From an uncultured cyanobacterium (lineage in GTDB: Bacteria; Cyanobacteriota; Cyanobacteriia; Cyanobacteriales; Cyanobacteriaceae), in the NCBI GenBank assembly GCA_963749915.1, contig CAVVOP010000021.1, forward strand, positions 576,001 to 640,000: a DNA stretch of 64,000 nucleotides, given 5' to 3'. Each line of letters starts with the position of its first letter. Within the stretch, counting starts at the first letter, position 1. Below the pieces are notes generated by a model. The model was not told the origin of the DNA, ran no database searches, and saw only the letters and a program-made list of their open reading frames with translations. A program made the position numbers and the translations under genes. This document shows, piece after piece, positions 31,356 to 41,636 of the stretch.

Positions 31356-32129
31356 TCAATTAAGTTGAATAGTTGCCCATTCTGGTTCACGGATATAATT
31401 AATCATATCGGTAAATTTTCTCAACTCAAAATCTTGTAAATTGAAGATAGGGGGAGGAGTTTCTATCCAGTGATCATTGACCTCTTTTATGATAGATTCT
31501 ACATTTTCTAAGTCAATATTACCATCAATTTTATCAAAATAACCTAAAGTAACATGAGCGGCAAAGTCATATTGTTGATCAATACCTAGTTTGATAATTT
31601 GTTCGTTTTGGTAAATTAATTGACGCAATTTAATAATAGGTTCGTAGCTTTCTTCAGTAGGTGCAAGACATAGAGCAATTGCTCTTGGAAAAATAGATAA
31701 TCCTAGAACCTCTAGTTTTAATGTGTTTATATCTGATAGCGTTTGTTGATATTGTTTAAAAATTGTGGCAATTTCTAAAACTAATAATTCATCAAAATTA
31801 TTAGTTTCTTTAACAGCGTTAATATAATTTTTTTCCCAAATTAAATCTGCTAGGGTTAAGTGAAAACTTTCTGGGGGTAAACCTAAGAAAAAATCAGAAC
31901 CTAACTTTTTCATTAATTCCGATTGAATAACTTGTAAATGCTGATAAAATTCTTGATTCTTATTTTCTTCTGATGCTGGAGGAGTAATAACACTAAATCC
32001 CGGAAATTCCACGGGCTTACCATCGATAAATTTAGGAGATGATTGAATATTTTTTAATTGTTGTTTATAGTTGGCAGGAAGAGTCATTTGTACAACTCTA
32101 TTTACATAACTTTGGTAATTTCCATCCAT
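31356..32129 (-). CDS. DUF1868 / 2H-phosphoesterase family protein
   Basis: FPGFSVI, SFHLT and AHVT (two HxT motifs). Confidence 0.8.
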   Translation of the reverse strand: MDGNYQSYVNRVVQMTLPANYKQQLKNIQSSPKFIDGKPVEFPGFSVITPPASEENKNQEFYQHLQVIQSELMKKLGSDFFLGLPPESFHLTLADLIWEKNYINAVKETNNFDELLVLEIATIFKQYQQTLSDINTLKLEVLGLSIFPRAIALCLAPTEESYEPIIKLRQLIYQNEQIIKLGIDQQYDFAAHVTLGYFDKIDGNIDLENVESIIKEVNDHWIETPPPIFNLQDFELRKFTDMINYIREPEWATIQLN

Positions 32130-32247
32130 TTTTTTTCGTCCTTTTTTTATAATCGCATAATTAAATTATATCTATTTATGCTTTTAGTTTATATCACAAT
32201 TATTATTGTAAATTTAGAGTCCTTTTCTGTTAATCAAAAGGATCAAT

Positions 32248-32748
32248 TTAGTTATTAGTTAATTTCTTAATAATGTCAATATAATGGGGATATAATTTAC
32301 TTAATTCTTCTCGATTACCTAACATAAAATCAGCAAAATTGAATCCTGGAGATACAGTACAACCAATTAAACTGTAGGAGTTAGGTTGACTAACATGGGA
32401 AGCAAACCAATAACCATGGGGAATAACTAACTGCAAAATCTCATTATCGTCAGGATTTTGTCCCAGTTTATATTGATGATATTCTCCCTGACTATTTATT
32501 GTATGAACAATTAAGGTTGAACCACTGTAAAAATGAAAAATTTCATCACTTTTTAGTTTATGAAAAGCAGAAAATTCTTCTCCTAATAAGAGATAATAAA
32601 TAGCAGTACTAGCATTTCTTGAATCATTATATCTTGTCAACAATTTATCTTGATTGATAATGTCTTGACAACGATAAGTTTCTCGGTAATGCCCCCCTTC
32701 AGGATGTTTTTGTAAATTTAATTTTTTAATCCAATATTCTCCATTCAT
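32248..32748 (-). CDS. Cupin (DUF985) protein
   Basis: HPEGGHYRET, STAIYYLL, CTVSPGF. Confidence 0.92.
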   Translation of the reverse strand: MNGEYWIKKLNLQKHPEGGHYRETYRCQDIINQDKLLTRYNDSRNASTAIYYLLLGEEFSAFHKLKSDEIFHFYSGSTLIVHTINSQGEYHQYKLGQNPDDNEILQLVIPHGYWFASHVSQPNSYSLIGCTVSPGFNFADFMLGNREELSKLYPHYIDIIKKLTNN

Positions 32749-32940
32749 TTTTAATTATTACCAGCGATTTTCATTTAATATATCATTACTAGCCCTTTTC
32801 ATCAAGAGAAGGTTAGGAGTCTTATTGGACAAGAATTTTAGATTTTTAGAACATTATTTAATTTGTTATCAATTATTTGAGACTACTATATAATTAGTAT
32901 TACTAATTGTTCATCGTTCATTGTTAATTATTCATTGTTT

Positions 32941-33915
32941 ATGCCAATTTATTTATATTGGGGTGAAGATGATTTTGCCATGAGTCAGGCAATTAACATC
33001 TTGAAACAAGATAACCTTGATCCAAATTGGATTCAGTTCAATTTTGACAAATTTGCGGGCGACAAGGAAGATTTCATTGGGGAAGCCTTAATGCAGGTTA
33101 TGACTCCTCCTTTTGCTAGTGGCGATCGTATTGTTTGGTTATTTAATACAAATATCTGTCAAAGTTGCTCAGAGGAATTATTAATCCAATTACAACATGC
33201 TATTCCTCAGATACCAGAGTCAACTCATTTTGTATTAACTACCATGAAAAAACCCGATGCTAGAATAAAAAGTACTAAGTTAATTAATAAGTATGCGAAG
33301 GTGGTAGAACTTAGTTTAATATCCCCTTGGCAGACGGGAATTTTAGTCAAGAGGGTAGAAGAAGTTGCGGCAGAAAAGCAAGTAAAGTTAACAGATTCTG
33401 CCATCAAGATTTTAGCTAATTGTGTCGGTAATAATAGCCGTTTATTGTGGCAAGAGTTAGAAAAATTAGCTATTTATCAAGGAAAAAATAAACAACCTAT
33501 TGATCAGGAAACTGTTAAAAGTTTAGTCAATGTTAGCACTCAAAATAGTTTGCAATTAGCCCAGGCAATTCTCGAAGGTAATATCCCTTATTCCCTAGAA
33601 TTAGTCGACGATTTAATCACCTTAAACGAGCCAGCATTAAGGGTTGTCGCTACTTTGGTCGGACAATTTCGTACATGGGCGATGGTAAAAACTATGATAG
33701 AATCAGGGGAAAAAGATGACAAAAAAATTGCGAAATCTGCAGATATAAGTAACCCAAAAAGAATCTATTTTTTGAAAAAAGAAATTAAGGACCGATCGGG
33801 AAAACAACTATTATCTAGCCTACCTATTTTACTAGAATTAGAAGTCAGTTTAAAACTAGGTGCTGATCCTTTAAATGCCTTACAAACAAAAATTATAGAA
33901 TTATGTAATGTTTAA
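32941..33915 (+). CDS. holA: DNA polymerase III delta subunit
   Basis: IYLYWGEDDF, TPPF, ELEKL, EPALR. Confidence 0.92.
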   Translation: MPIYLYWGEDDFAMSQAINILKQDNLDPNWIQFNFDKFAGDKEDFIGEALMQVMTPPFASGDRIVWLFNTNICQSCSEELLIQLQHAIPQIPESTHFVLTTMKKPDARIKSTKLINKYAKVVELSLISPWQTGILVKRVEEVAAEKQVKLTDSAIKILANCVGNNSRLLWQELEKLAIYQGKNKQPIDQETVKSLVNVSTQNSLQLAQAILEGNIPYSLELVDDLITLNEPALRVVATLVGQFRTWAMVKTMIESGEKDDKKIAKSADISNPKRIYFLKKEIKDRSGKQLLSSLPILLELEVSLKLGADPLNALQTKIIELCNV

Positions 33916-35017
33916 TTTAATTAATAGAATAAAACAAAAGTTATTTACAGTAACAATAATCTCCTTAATTACCTTTATTTTTATAGAATACTTGCAGGAA
34001 AATTTAAGCAATCAAAACATAATAGCCAAAAACAATTTTTCTCCCGAAATTCAAAAAATAGTCAATAAATATAGCCCTATACAACCAGTCAAAGGTGATG
34101 TGAGATTATTGGTAATAAGTGATCTAAATAGTGCCTATGGTTCCACAGAATATGAAGAAGAAGTCCATTTAGCCTTAAAAATGATCCCCTTTTGGCAACC
34201 TGATCTCGTATTATGTAGTGGTGATATGATTGCAGGGCAAAAATCGACATTAACACCGCAACAAATTCGTGCTATGTGGGAGGCTTTTGACCGTCAAATT
34301 GCACAACCCATCAGAAACTTAAATATTCCTTTTGGCTTTACCATCGGAAATCATGACGCATCTGGTGCCATTAGGAACAATAAATTTACCTTTCAACAGG
34401 AAAGAGACTTAGCCGTCGAATATTGGCAAAATCGGAGTCATAACACCGCCATAAAATTTGTAGATGGCACTTTTTTTCCGTTTTATTATACCTTTGAACA
34501 ACAAGGAATTTTCTTCTTAGTATGGGATGGTTCAACCAGTCGCATCCCTAGGGATAAATTAGCATGGGTAGAAAAAAGTCTGTCCTCGAAAATCGCTCAA
34601 GAGGCTAAAATAAGAGTTATCATCGGACATTTGCCATTATATGCCGTCGCCGAGGGTAGAAACAAAGCTGGAGAAGTGTTAGAAAATCCCGAAGCCTTGA
34701 AAAGGCTACTAGAAAAGTATAAAGTACATACTTATATTAGTGGACATCAACACGCTTACTATCCTGGTCACAAAGATAAATTACAATTATTACACACAGG
34801 GGCTTTAGGTTCAGGGCCAAGGATGTTACTAGATACCACCACGGTGCCAAGAAAAACTATCACGGTAATTGATGTTAATTTTAATGACAAAAATTTAACC
34901 ACTTATAGCACTTATAATATGGCAAATTTTAACCTCATCAACTATGAAGAATTACCGAGATTTATTAAAGGACATAATGGTATAATTTACCGCAGAGATA
35001 TAAACAATGAGAAATAA
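33908..35017 (+). CDS. Metallophosphoesterase
   Basis: SDLN, GD, GNHD and GHQH motifs. Confidence 0.9.
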   Translation: MFNLINRIKQKLFTVTIISLITFIFIEYLQENLSNQNIIAKNNFSPEIQKIVNKYSPIQPVKGDVRLLVISDLNSAYGSTEYEEEVHLALKMIPFWQPDLVLCSGDMIAGQKSTLTPQQIRAMWEAFDRQIAQPIRNLNIPFGFTIGNHDASGAIRNNKFTFQQERDLAVEYWQNRSHNTAIKFVDGTFFPFYYTFEQQGIFFLVWDGSTSRIPRDKLAWVEKSLSSKIAQEAKIRVIIGHLPLYAVAEGRNKAGEVLENPEALKRLLEKYKVHTYISGHQHAYYPGHKDKLQLLHTGALGSGPRMLLDTTTVPRKTITVIDVNFNDKNLTTYSTYNMANFNLINYEELPRFIKGHNGIIYRRDINNEK

Positions 35018-35092
35018 ATAATCAACAATGAAAAAGTGAGTTGCTAAAATCGAGATAGTATTAAAAACAATTCCTGACAAGGTAATAAAATT

Positions 35093-35460
35093 ACGGCAAA
35101 AGTTTTCGTCCGTTGAGCTTCATAGTTGTGCAGTTGGCGAATCTACGGGAGAGGTTTCTTTTTTTATAAATCTAAGACGTTCAGGATTTAGCTCACTAAG
35201 AAGTCCTAAAAACGTCAGCAAGGGCGAAATATCTGAGATAACGGTGCCATACCTAAAGAGCGACGTGTCGAAATTAGAGATCGAGCACGCTGCCTCCTCA
35301 AAATTTCTATCACATGAGGTCAACTAATCATATCAACGTGCTGCCCAACATTTGGGTGCACCGGACTGCTGGATAAAGGATTTGCTTAGTATGATAGATT
35401 AACTGCAGCCGTTGATGCCCACCGTTAGTGAGCAAGAGTGAAGATCTCTGGTCATCGCCA
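35093..35460 (+). ncRNA. Candidate large structured non-coding RNA of unknown class
   Basis: Many nested complementary segments plus a 9-bp long-range loop pairing in an intergenic region with no credible ORF; strand inferred from G-U pairs and upstream -10-like motifs. Confidence 0.6.
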
Positions 35461-35488
35461 ATAAAATAGGATTTAAGCTTAAGCTATT

Positions 35489-36139
35489 TTACTCAAAATC
35501 AACCCAGTTTTCTACTTCTTCCCACCCCAAACCTTGACGCACGACAGAAGGTTTATCTGTAGAAAAATCAAGTATAGTAGAAACATCAAAACCCGGGTCC
35601 GTGTAATCATCAATGATAATATCGACTTGTTTGTCCAACTCATCAAACAATTTGAATTTTTCCCAATTTTCAGAAAGAAACTCCCCATCTTCATCAGGAA
35701 TATGAGCAGAAGTAGAAATAATCGGATTATCAAGAGATTGTAACAATGCCTGACACACATTTTGATTTGGTACTCTAATCCCTGTGGTTTTACGTTTAGG
35801 GGACATTACCAATTTCGGCACTAATTTTGTTGTGGGTAACAAGAAAGTATAAGGTCCCGGAATTAACCGTTTCATGATGCGATAGGCCTCATCACTGACG
35901 ACGGCATATTCGGAGATATGAGATAAAGAAGAACAAAGAAAAGTCAATGGTTTATCATTGGATAAACGTTTTAAGGCTCTAACTCTCTCCACCGCGGATT
36001 TTACATTCATATCACAACCGATGGCGTAAACCGTATCCGTAGGATAAAGCATAATAGCACCTTTTTTCAGGGCTTGGGTAATTTGTTCAATATCGCGGAG
36101 TTGGGGATTATCAGGATTTAATTCGTATAATGTGGCCAT
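35489..36139 (-). CDS. L-threonylcarbamoyladenylate synthase (Sua5/YrdC/YciO family)
   Basis: YPTDTVYAIGC, PGPYTF, TGIRVP, STSA. Confidence 0.92.
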   Translation of the reverse strand: MATLYELNPDNPQLRDIEQITQALKKGAIMLYPTDTVYAIGCDMNVKSAVERVRALKRLSNDKPLTFLCSSLSHISEYAVVSDEAYRIMKRLIPGPYTFLLPTTKLVPKLVMSPKRKTTGIRVPNQNVCQALLQSLDNPIISTSAHIPDEDGEFLSENWEKFKLFDELDKQVDIIIDDYTDPGFDVSTILDFSTDKPSVVRQGLGWEEVENWVDFE

Positions 36140-36191
36140 GATGAATGATGAATAATTAATAATGGATAATGAATAATTGATTTTATTGTAA

Positions 36192-37385
36192 ATGGAAAAA
36201 ATAGCTTACTTACAATGTCCCACAGGTATAGCCGGTGATATGTTTTTAGGTGCATTGGTTTCAGTTGGTGTGCCTTTAGAATATATCGAAAATGGTTTAA
36301 AAGGGTTAAATTTGGCCTCGGAATATCAGTTAAAACAAGAAACAGTATTGAGACAAGGACAAAGTGCAACAAAATTTCAGGTAAATCTAATTCACCACCA
36401 TCATCACCACCACCGTCACTTACCTGATATTGAAACTCTGATTAATAATGCTAATTTGCCCCCCATAGTTAGAGATAACAGTTTAGCTATTTTTGGACGA
36501 TTAGCCCAAGCAGAAGGAAAAGTACATGGTATTTCAGCTGACAAAGTCCATTTCCATGAAGTTGGTGCTACCGATGCTATTGTGGATATTGTTGGCACTT
36601 GTTTGGGGTTAGATTATTTAAACATTCAAAAGTTATACTGTTCTCCCTTACCCACTGGAGGAGGTACAGTAAAAGCCGCCCACGGTAGATTAGCCGTTCC
36701 CGTTCCCGCTGTGTTAGAATTATGGCAAACTAGGCAAATACCCCTATATAGTAACGGTATTGACAAAGAATTAGTAACCCCTACGGGTGCAGCCATTGTC
36801 ACCACTCTAGCGGCGGATTTTGGGCAGCCTCCAGAGATGACATTAATAAAAATGGGGTTAGGTGCAGGTAGTCATGATTTAGCCATACCCAATATTTTGC
36901 GTTTATGGTTAGGGGAGACAGAAACATTACCATCTCTTGAACAAATAGCAGTATTAGAAACCCAAATAGATGACGCTAATCCGCAAATTTTCGGTTATCT
37001 TTTCGAGGAATTATTAAAAATTGGTGCAAGGGACGTTTTTACCCAACCTGTTGCCATGAAAAAAAATCGACCAGGAGTATTATTAACCGTGATTTGTGAT
37101 TTAGATAAAATTGATGCCTGTGAAACTCTTATTTTTCGGGAAACCACTACCATCGGCATTCGCCGCCAAATTCAACATCGCTCAGTTTTAGATAGAGAAA
37201 TCGAGATAATTAATACTAAATACGGCGATATTAGAGTAAAAATTGCCAAAAAAGCCGGAGAAATTCTCAATATTCAACCCGAATATGAAGATTGTACTGC
37301 CCTTGCACGTAAATATAATATTCCCTTCAATTTAATTTCTTTAGAAGCACAAAATAGGTATCAACAAGGAAGGAGTAACAGCTAA
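36192..37385 (+). CDS. larC: Nickel pincer cofactor biosynthesis protein LarC
   Basis: GIAGDM, His run, VHFHEVGATD, ELVTPTGAA, ETTTIG, PEYED. Confidence 0.95.
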   Translation: MEKIAYLQCPTGIAGDMFLGALVSVGVPLEYIENGLKGLNLASEYQLKQETVLRQGQSATKFQVNLIHHHHHHHRHLPDIETLINNANLPPIVRDNSLAIFGRLAQAEGKVHGISADKVHFHEVGATDAIVDIVGTCLGLDYLNIQKLYCSPLPTGGGTVKAAHGRLAVPVPAVLELWQTRQIPLYSNGIDKELVTPTGAAIVTTLAADFGQPPEMTLIKMGLGAGSHDLAIPNILRLWLGETETLPSLEQIAVLETQIDDANPQIFGYLFEELLKIGARDVFTQPVAMKKNRPGVLLTVICDLDKIDACETLIFRETTTIGIRRQIQHRSVLDREIEIINTKYGDIRVKIAKKAGEILNIQPEYEDCTALARKYNIPFNLISLEAQNRYQQGRSNS

Positions 37386-37509
37386 GGAGAGGGGGAAACA
37401 AGGAGATTCGAATAAATAAAGTATAATAGTATCAGGTTCGGTAGAGGAGTTGTTATGGCGTTTAAGGTTATCCGTTTATTATTTGTCTTCATAGTCAAAT
37501 TGATTCAAT

Positions 37510-39939
37510 ATGAAAACGTTACAGTTAATCCGCAGAACATTTAAAGAGTGGCAGAATAAAGACACTCGAAACTCCACCCCTACTCTTACTTCTAGGCCTT
37601 CTAATTCTCATGACGATGTCGACAAAGATAAACCTATTGTTTTTCAGTGGGTGTGTAAAATTCATTCCCCGATTATGGTGTTATTATCCATTACGACTTT
37701 TACGGGGTTAATTAGTTATCGTTTTTACAATCAGCCAAAATTAGCCGTTGACACAATTTCCCCCACAAAAATTATTGCGCCCCTTGACGGTGATTTTGTC
37801 GATATTTATTCTACTGAAGAATTGCGCAGAAAAATTCGCAGTGGTTTATTACCCGTGTTGAAACAAGATATAAATTCAACATTAAAAGTTCAAACTAGAA
37901 TTGATAACAAACTCGAAAACATAGACAATCTTCGCAGTTTAGTTAACAATATAACTCTAGTAAATACCAATATTTTGTCTTCATCTGCACAAAAATATAT
38001 ACACTCTCTACCGCAGTCTGAGTGGGAAAAAATTCTTTTACAAATTAAGGCTTCTTCTTTATTCTCTGTCAACGAATCTTTATCTTCAGCAGAAAATGAC
38101 ATTGTCAAGGCATTATTAACTTATGAAAAATCGGTTAATGCCAGGGATTTTGAGAATTTACTAAATCGATTACAAAAAAATAGAGGAATTTATCAAAGTT
38201 TTTTGACTCAAATTGATCAGTTAAAAATTGGTCGTCTGGATGATGAGGAAAAAAATCGTTTATGGAACCTCGATGAAAAAACATGGCAAGAAACGAAAGC
38301 AGAAATTCGCCAAACCGTCAGAAAAATTTTAGCACTAGGAATTTCGACTGGATTGCCTGAAGATATTAAACTTAAAGCCACGGAAATTTACCTTGAAAAT
38401 AGCGTATCTCCAAAAGTAAAAAAAATAGCCGTAAAATTAATCGCTAATAATTTAGAATCTAATTTAATCATTGATGAGCAAGAAACTAAAGTTAGGGCAG
38501 AAAGAGCGGCCGAAGCAATACAACCAGTAATTGTTTCCATTAAGAAAGGAGAAGTTATCGTTAATGCAGGAGAAAAAATTACTCAAGGGGATTTTGTTTT
38601 ATTAGATAATTTCGGATTAAGTCGTAGAAGCATAAGCTGGACAGGCGTTGCGGGTTCAGCGGCTTTAATTTCCGTCTCTTTAATCAGTTTTATGGCGATC
38701 GCCCATCGGGTAAAAGGCAGATTACGCAGACGAGACCATTTACTTTTGTGCTTCTTAAGTCTATCTGTTCCTATTATAAATATATTTGATGTGGGCTATA
38801 ACTCGTTACCAGCTCTCGGATTTTTGGTGAGTAGTTTTTATGGACCAACGGTAGCCGTAAGTAATCTTGTAATAATGACGGGGTTAACCCTTTTTCAAAC
38901 GGAGATGATTGGTTGGGAATATCTGATACCGTCTTTTGCCGGGGGTTTATTAGCTTCTTTCATGGCTAGTCGTCTTCATTCAAGGGAAGAATTGGCTTTA
39001 TTGGGTGTGGGAGTGGGTTTAACTCAGGGAAGCGTTTATTTTGTCATTCATTTAATCGGTAGTGCCACCTTAGGTATAACGTGGTATGCCATCTTACCCG
39101 GTGCAATATGGCATGGTACGGCAGGATTTACTTACATTGTCTTAGCCTTGGGAATTTCACCCTATTTAGAAAGATTTTTTGATTTAATTACCCCTATACG
39201 TCTAGCGGAATTATCGAATCCCAATCGCCCACTATTAAAGAGACTAGCCACAGAAGCACCCGGGACGTTTCAGCATACCATGTTTGTCGCCACTTTAGCC
39301 GAAGCCGCCGCCCGTCAACTCCATTGTAATGTCGAGTTAGTCAGAGCCGGTACACTCTATCATGATATAGGAAAAATGCACGATCCCCTCGGTTTTATCG
39401 AAAATCAGATGGGAGGACCCAATAAACATGATAGGCTTAACGATCCTTACAAAAGTGCGGAAATTATCAAAAAACACGTCAGTGAAGGCATTGTTATGGC
39501 GAAAAAATGCGGTTTACCCCAAGCCATTCAAAACTTTATCCCCCAACATCAAGGTACTTTATTAATCTCATATTTTTATTACCAAGCTAAAACCCAAGCC
39601 GAGGGTGAAGGTAAAAATATTCATAACATCGATGAGACTATTTTCCGTTATGATGGTCCTATTCCCCAATCCAGAGAAACTGGTATCGTCATGTTAGCAG
39701 ATGGTTGTGAAGCGGCTTTGCGATCCCTTAAAGGTGCAACCCCAGACCAAGCAATGGCAATGGTTAACAAGATTTTTAAAGCCCGCTGGCGAGATCATCA
39801 ACTCGATGATAGTGGTATTAAATATGAGGAGTTGCCCATTATTGCGGAAGTATTTGTCAACGTCTGGCAACAATTCAACCATCAAAGAATAGCTTATCCT
39901 AAAGGTGCTTTAGAAATGAGAAGCAATAGTAGCAATTAA
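37510..39939 (+). CDS. 7TM-HD (PgpH-like) membrane phosphohydrolase
   Basis: Multiple TM helices; EAPGTFQH, YHDIGK, HVSEG, MLAD..EAA. Confidence 0.9.
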   Translation: MKTLQLIRRTFKEWQNKDTRNSTPTLTSRPSNSHDDVDKDKPIVFQWVCKIHSPIMVLLSITTFTGLISYRFYNQPKLAVDTISPTKIIAPLDGDFVDIYSTEELRRKIRSGLLPVLKQDINSTLKVQTRIDNKLENIDNLRSLVNNITLVNTNILSSSAQKYIHSLPQSEWEKILLQIKASSLFSVNESLSSAENDIVKALLTYEKSVNARDFENLLNRLQKNRGIYQSFLTQIDQLKIGRLDDEEKNRLWNLDEKTWQETKAEIRQTVRKILALGISTGLPEDIKLKATEIYLENSVSPKVKKIAVKLIANNLESNLIIDEQETKVRAERAAEAIQPVIVSIKKGEVIVNAGEKITQGDFVLLDNFGLSRRSISWTGVAGSAALISVSLISFMAIAHRVKGRLRRRDHLLLCFLSLSVPIINIFDVGYNSLPALGFLVSSFYGPTVAVSNLVIMTGLTLFQTEMIGWEYLIPSFAGGLLASFMASRLHSREELALLGVGVGLTQGSVYFVIHLIGSATLGITWYAILPGAIWHGTAGFTYIVLALGISPYLERFFDLITPIRLAELSNPNRPLLKRLATEAPGTFQHTMFVATLAEAAARQLHCNVELVRAGTLYHDIGKMHDPLGFIENQMGGPNKHDRLNDPYKSAEIIKKHVSEGIVMAKKCGLPQAIQNFIPQHQGTLLISYFYYQAKTQAEGEGKNIHNIDETIFRYDGPIPQSRETGIVMLADGCEAALRSLKGATPDQAMAMVNKIFKARWRDHQLDDSGIKYEELPIIAEVFVNVWQQFNHQRIAYPKGALEMRSNSSN

Positions 39940-40057
39940 TAATATTCTACACTCTAAATTCTCCTCAATTGGTATTTTCGAGCTTAATGGAGCAGTATTG
40001 AAAGCTTCCTACGGAAGTGTGATTCATAAAAATCCGGATTTAAAATCATAACAGCTT

Positions 40058-40633
40058 ATGAAGTCTATTTTAATGGTTCATGGCATTACTGATACAGGAA
40101 AAGTGTTTGAAGCCATAGCATCTAATCTTGAACAAAAAGGTTATAAAACCTATACAATTGATTTAATCCCCAATATTGGCACGGGAGATTTAAGAGATTT
40201 AGCACAACAAGTTAAGCAATATATTGATACTCAATTCTTCCCGGAAGAAAAAATAATTTTACTGGGCTTTAGTATGGGAGGATTAGTGACTCGTTACTAT
40301 TTACAACGACTAAATGGTATCAAAAAAGTTGAGCAATATATCAGCATTTCTGCTCCTAATAATGGTACTAACTTAAGTTATACTTTGCCCTTAAAAGGGA
40401 TTTTACAAATGCGCCCTAATAGTAAATTTCTACAAGACTTAAATGAGGATATAAAAGAGACATTAGGCAAGATAAAATGTTTAATTATGTGGACTCCTTT
40501 TGATACTATGATTATTCCTGCTAATAGTTCTCTTTTAGGTATAGGGAAAGAAGTTAGTTTCCCTGTATTAATTCATAAATGGATGTTAACTGATAAAAGA
40601 GTTTTAGAAGAAATAAAAAATTTTTTACAATAG
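40058..40633 (+). CDS. Alpha/beta hydrolase (lipase family)
   Basis: VHGI, GFSMGG nucleophile elbow. Confidence 0.9.
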   Translation: MKSILMVHGITDTGKVFEAIASNLEQKGYKTYTIDLIPNIGTGDLRDLAQQVKQYIDTQFFPEEKIILLGFSMGGLVTRYYLQRLNGIKKVEQYISISAPNNGTNLSYTLPLKGILQMRPNSKFLQDLNEDIKETLGKIKCLIMWTPFDTMIIPANSSLLGIGKEVSFPVLIHKWMLTDKRVLEEIKNFLQ

Positions 40634-40783
40634 ACTTAAACTATTGATTTCTTTTGAGTTAAGCCCATTATTCTCATTTATCCAGTTTTTATGCAGACCC
40701 TACTTAGTTTCCTTGAATATTATCAATCAAGCCAACAGCCTATTTTAGCCAGAGAGAGGTATTAGGCAAGGGAGTAAAAAAGA

Positions 40784-41362
40784 TCAAGGTTTAGCTTTTT
40801 CGACCCAGCGATTATTAATTCCAAGGGTTAGTTTCAACGACTGACCCTTGCTGTAGGCTTTAACCGCCTGTCGATAGACCGAGTAGTTGGTGGGAAGCGT
40901 GACTTTCTGCCCATCCTGTTCATAACTGAGATGATATTTGACCGTTCTCAACAATTCTGGACGAGTGTGTCTCTGAGACGGTTTCTGCCTCTGTTCAATT
41001 TGAGCTAGGGTCGGTCGCGGCGGCAACGGGGGCCACCATAAACCTTTGTCATCGGCTTCACCGTCAGCACTTTCAGGTTTTATTCCGTTAACGTTAAGTA
41101 GAGAACTAGAGGCAAACTCTTCGGTACGGGGTAATTTCTCATTGGGACTGATAAAATATTCAACGCGCCAAGTGTAAGTGGTTAGGGCCGTGGCTTGATA
41201 CTGTTGGATAACCAGTCGGCTACAGCTATTGAGAACGATCGCCAGCACTAAACCTATCAACATTACTCCCACCTGACGACCCCACTGCTGATAGTAAATA
41301 TTTTGGCGACGGTAACAGAATTTAGTCATATAGCCCATATTCCACACTTTCGTTTGCAACAT
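40784..41362 (-). CDS. Conserved cyanobacterial hypothetical protein, possibly a lipoprotein
   Basis: Hydrophobic N-term with LNSC; ATALTTYTW...GLWWP...TNYSVYRQAV. Confidence 0.65.
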   Translation of the reverse strand: MLQTKVWNMGYMTKFCYRRQNIYYQQWGRQVGVMLIGLVLAIVLNSCSRLVIQQYQATALTTYTWRVEYFISPNEKLPRTEEFASSSLLNVNGIKPESADGEADDKGLWWPPLPPRPTLAQIEQRQKPSQRHTRPELLRTVKYHLSYEQDGQKVTLPTNYSVYRQAVKAYSKGQSLKLTLGINNRWVEKAKP

Positions 41363-41371
41363 CTGAATTTA

Positions 41372-41596
41372 CTATTCGGTCTTGGGGTTGTTAATAGTTT
41401 CTTGTCTTGTGAACAAATAGGGAATCAGGATTAGGAAATGGAACCACCAAAGACTGATCAACGTGAAAAACAAAGCTGTTAGCCAGATTCGCTGAAATAA
41501 CAGCCAGGTTCCTCCAATAATTCCGATTCCTGTCAGCAGAATTGACCAAGGTTGACACCACCAAGGCTTATGCTTCCAGATTGATGACGATGACAT
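41372..41596 (-). CDS. Small membrane protein (DUF6737-like)
   Basis: WKHKPWWCQPWSILLTG. Confidence 0.8.
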   Translation of the reverse strand: MSSSSIWKHKPWWCQPWSILLTGIGIIGGTWLLFQRIWLTALFFTLISLWWFHFLILIPYLFTRQETINNPKTE

Positions 41597-41636
41597 AGTT
41601 ACCTCTATCTAGATAGATCTTTAAATCCTTAAATTA

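Noticed and set aside
35093..35460. Identification as tmRNA, RNase P RNA, 6S RNA, tRNA or Cas12k tracrRNA; also the 67-aa ORF 35120-35323(-)
   Set aside because: No GGGGC 5' end or tag peptide, no GAGGAAAGTCC, no cloverleaf; the ORF has no recognisable features
36390..36420. CAC/CAT repeat
   Set aside because: Normal His-rich tract of LarC
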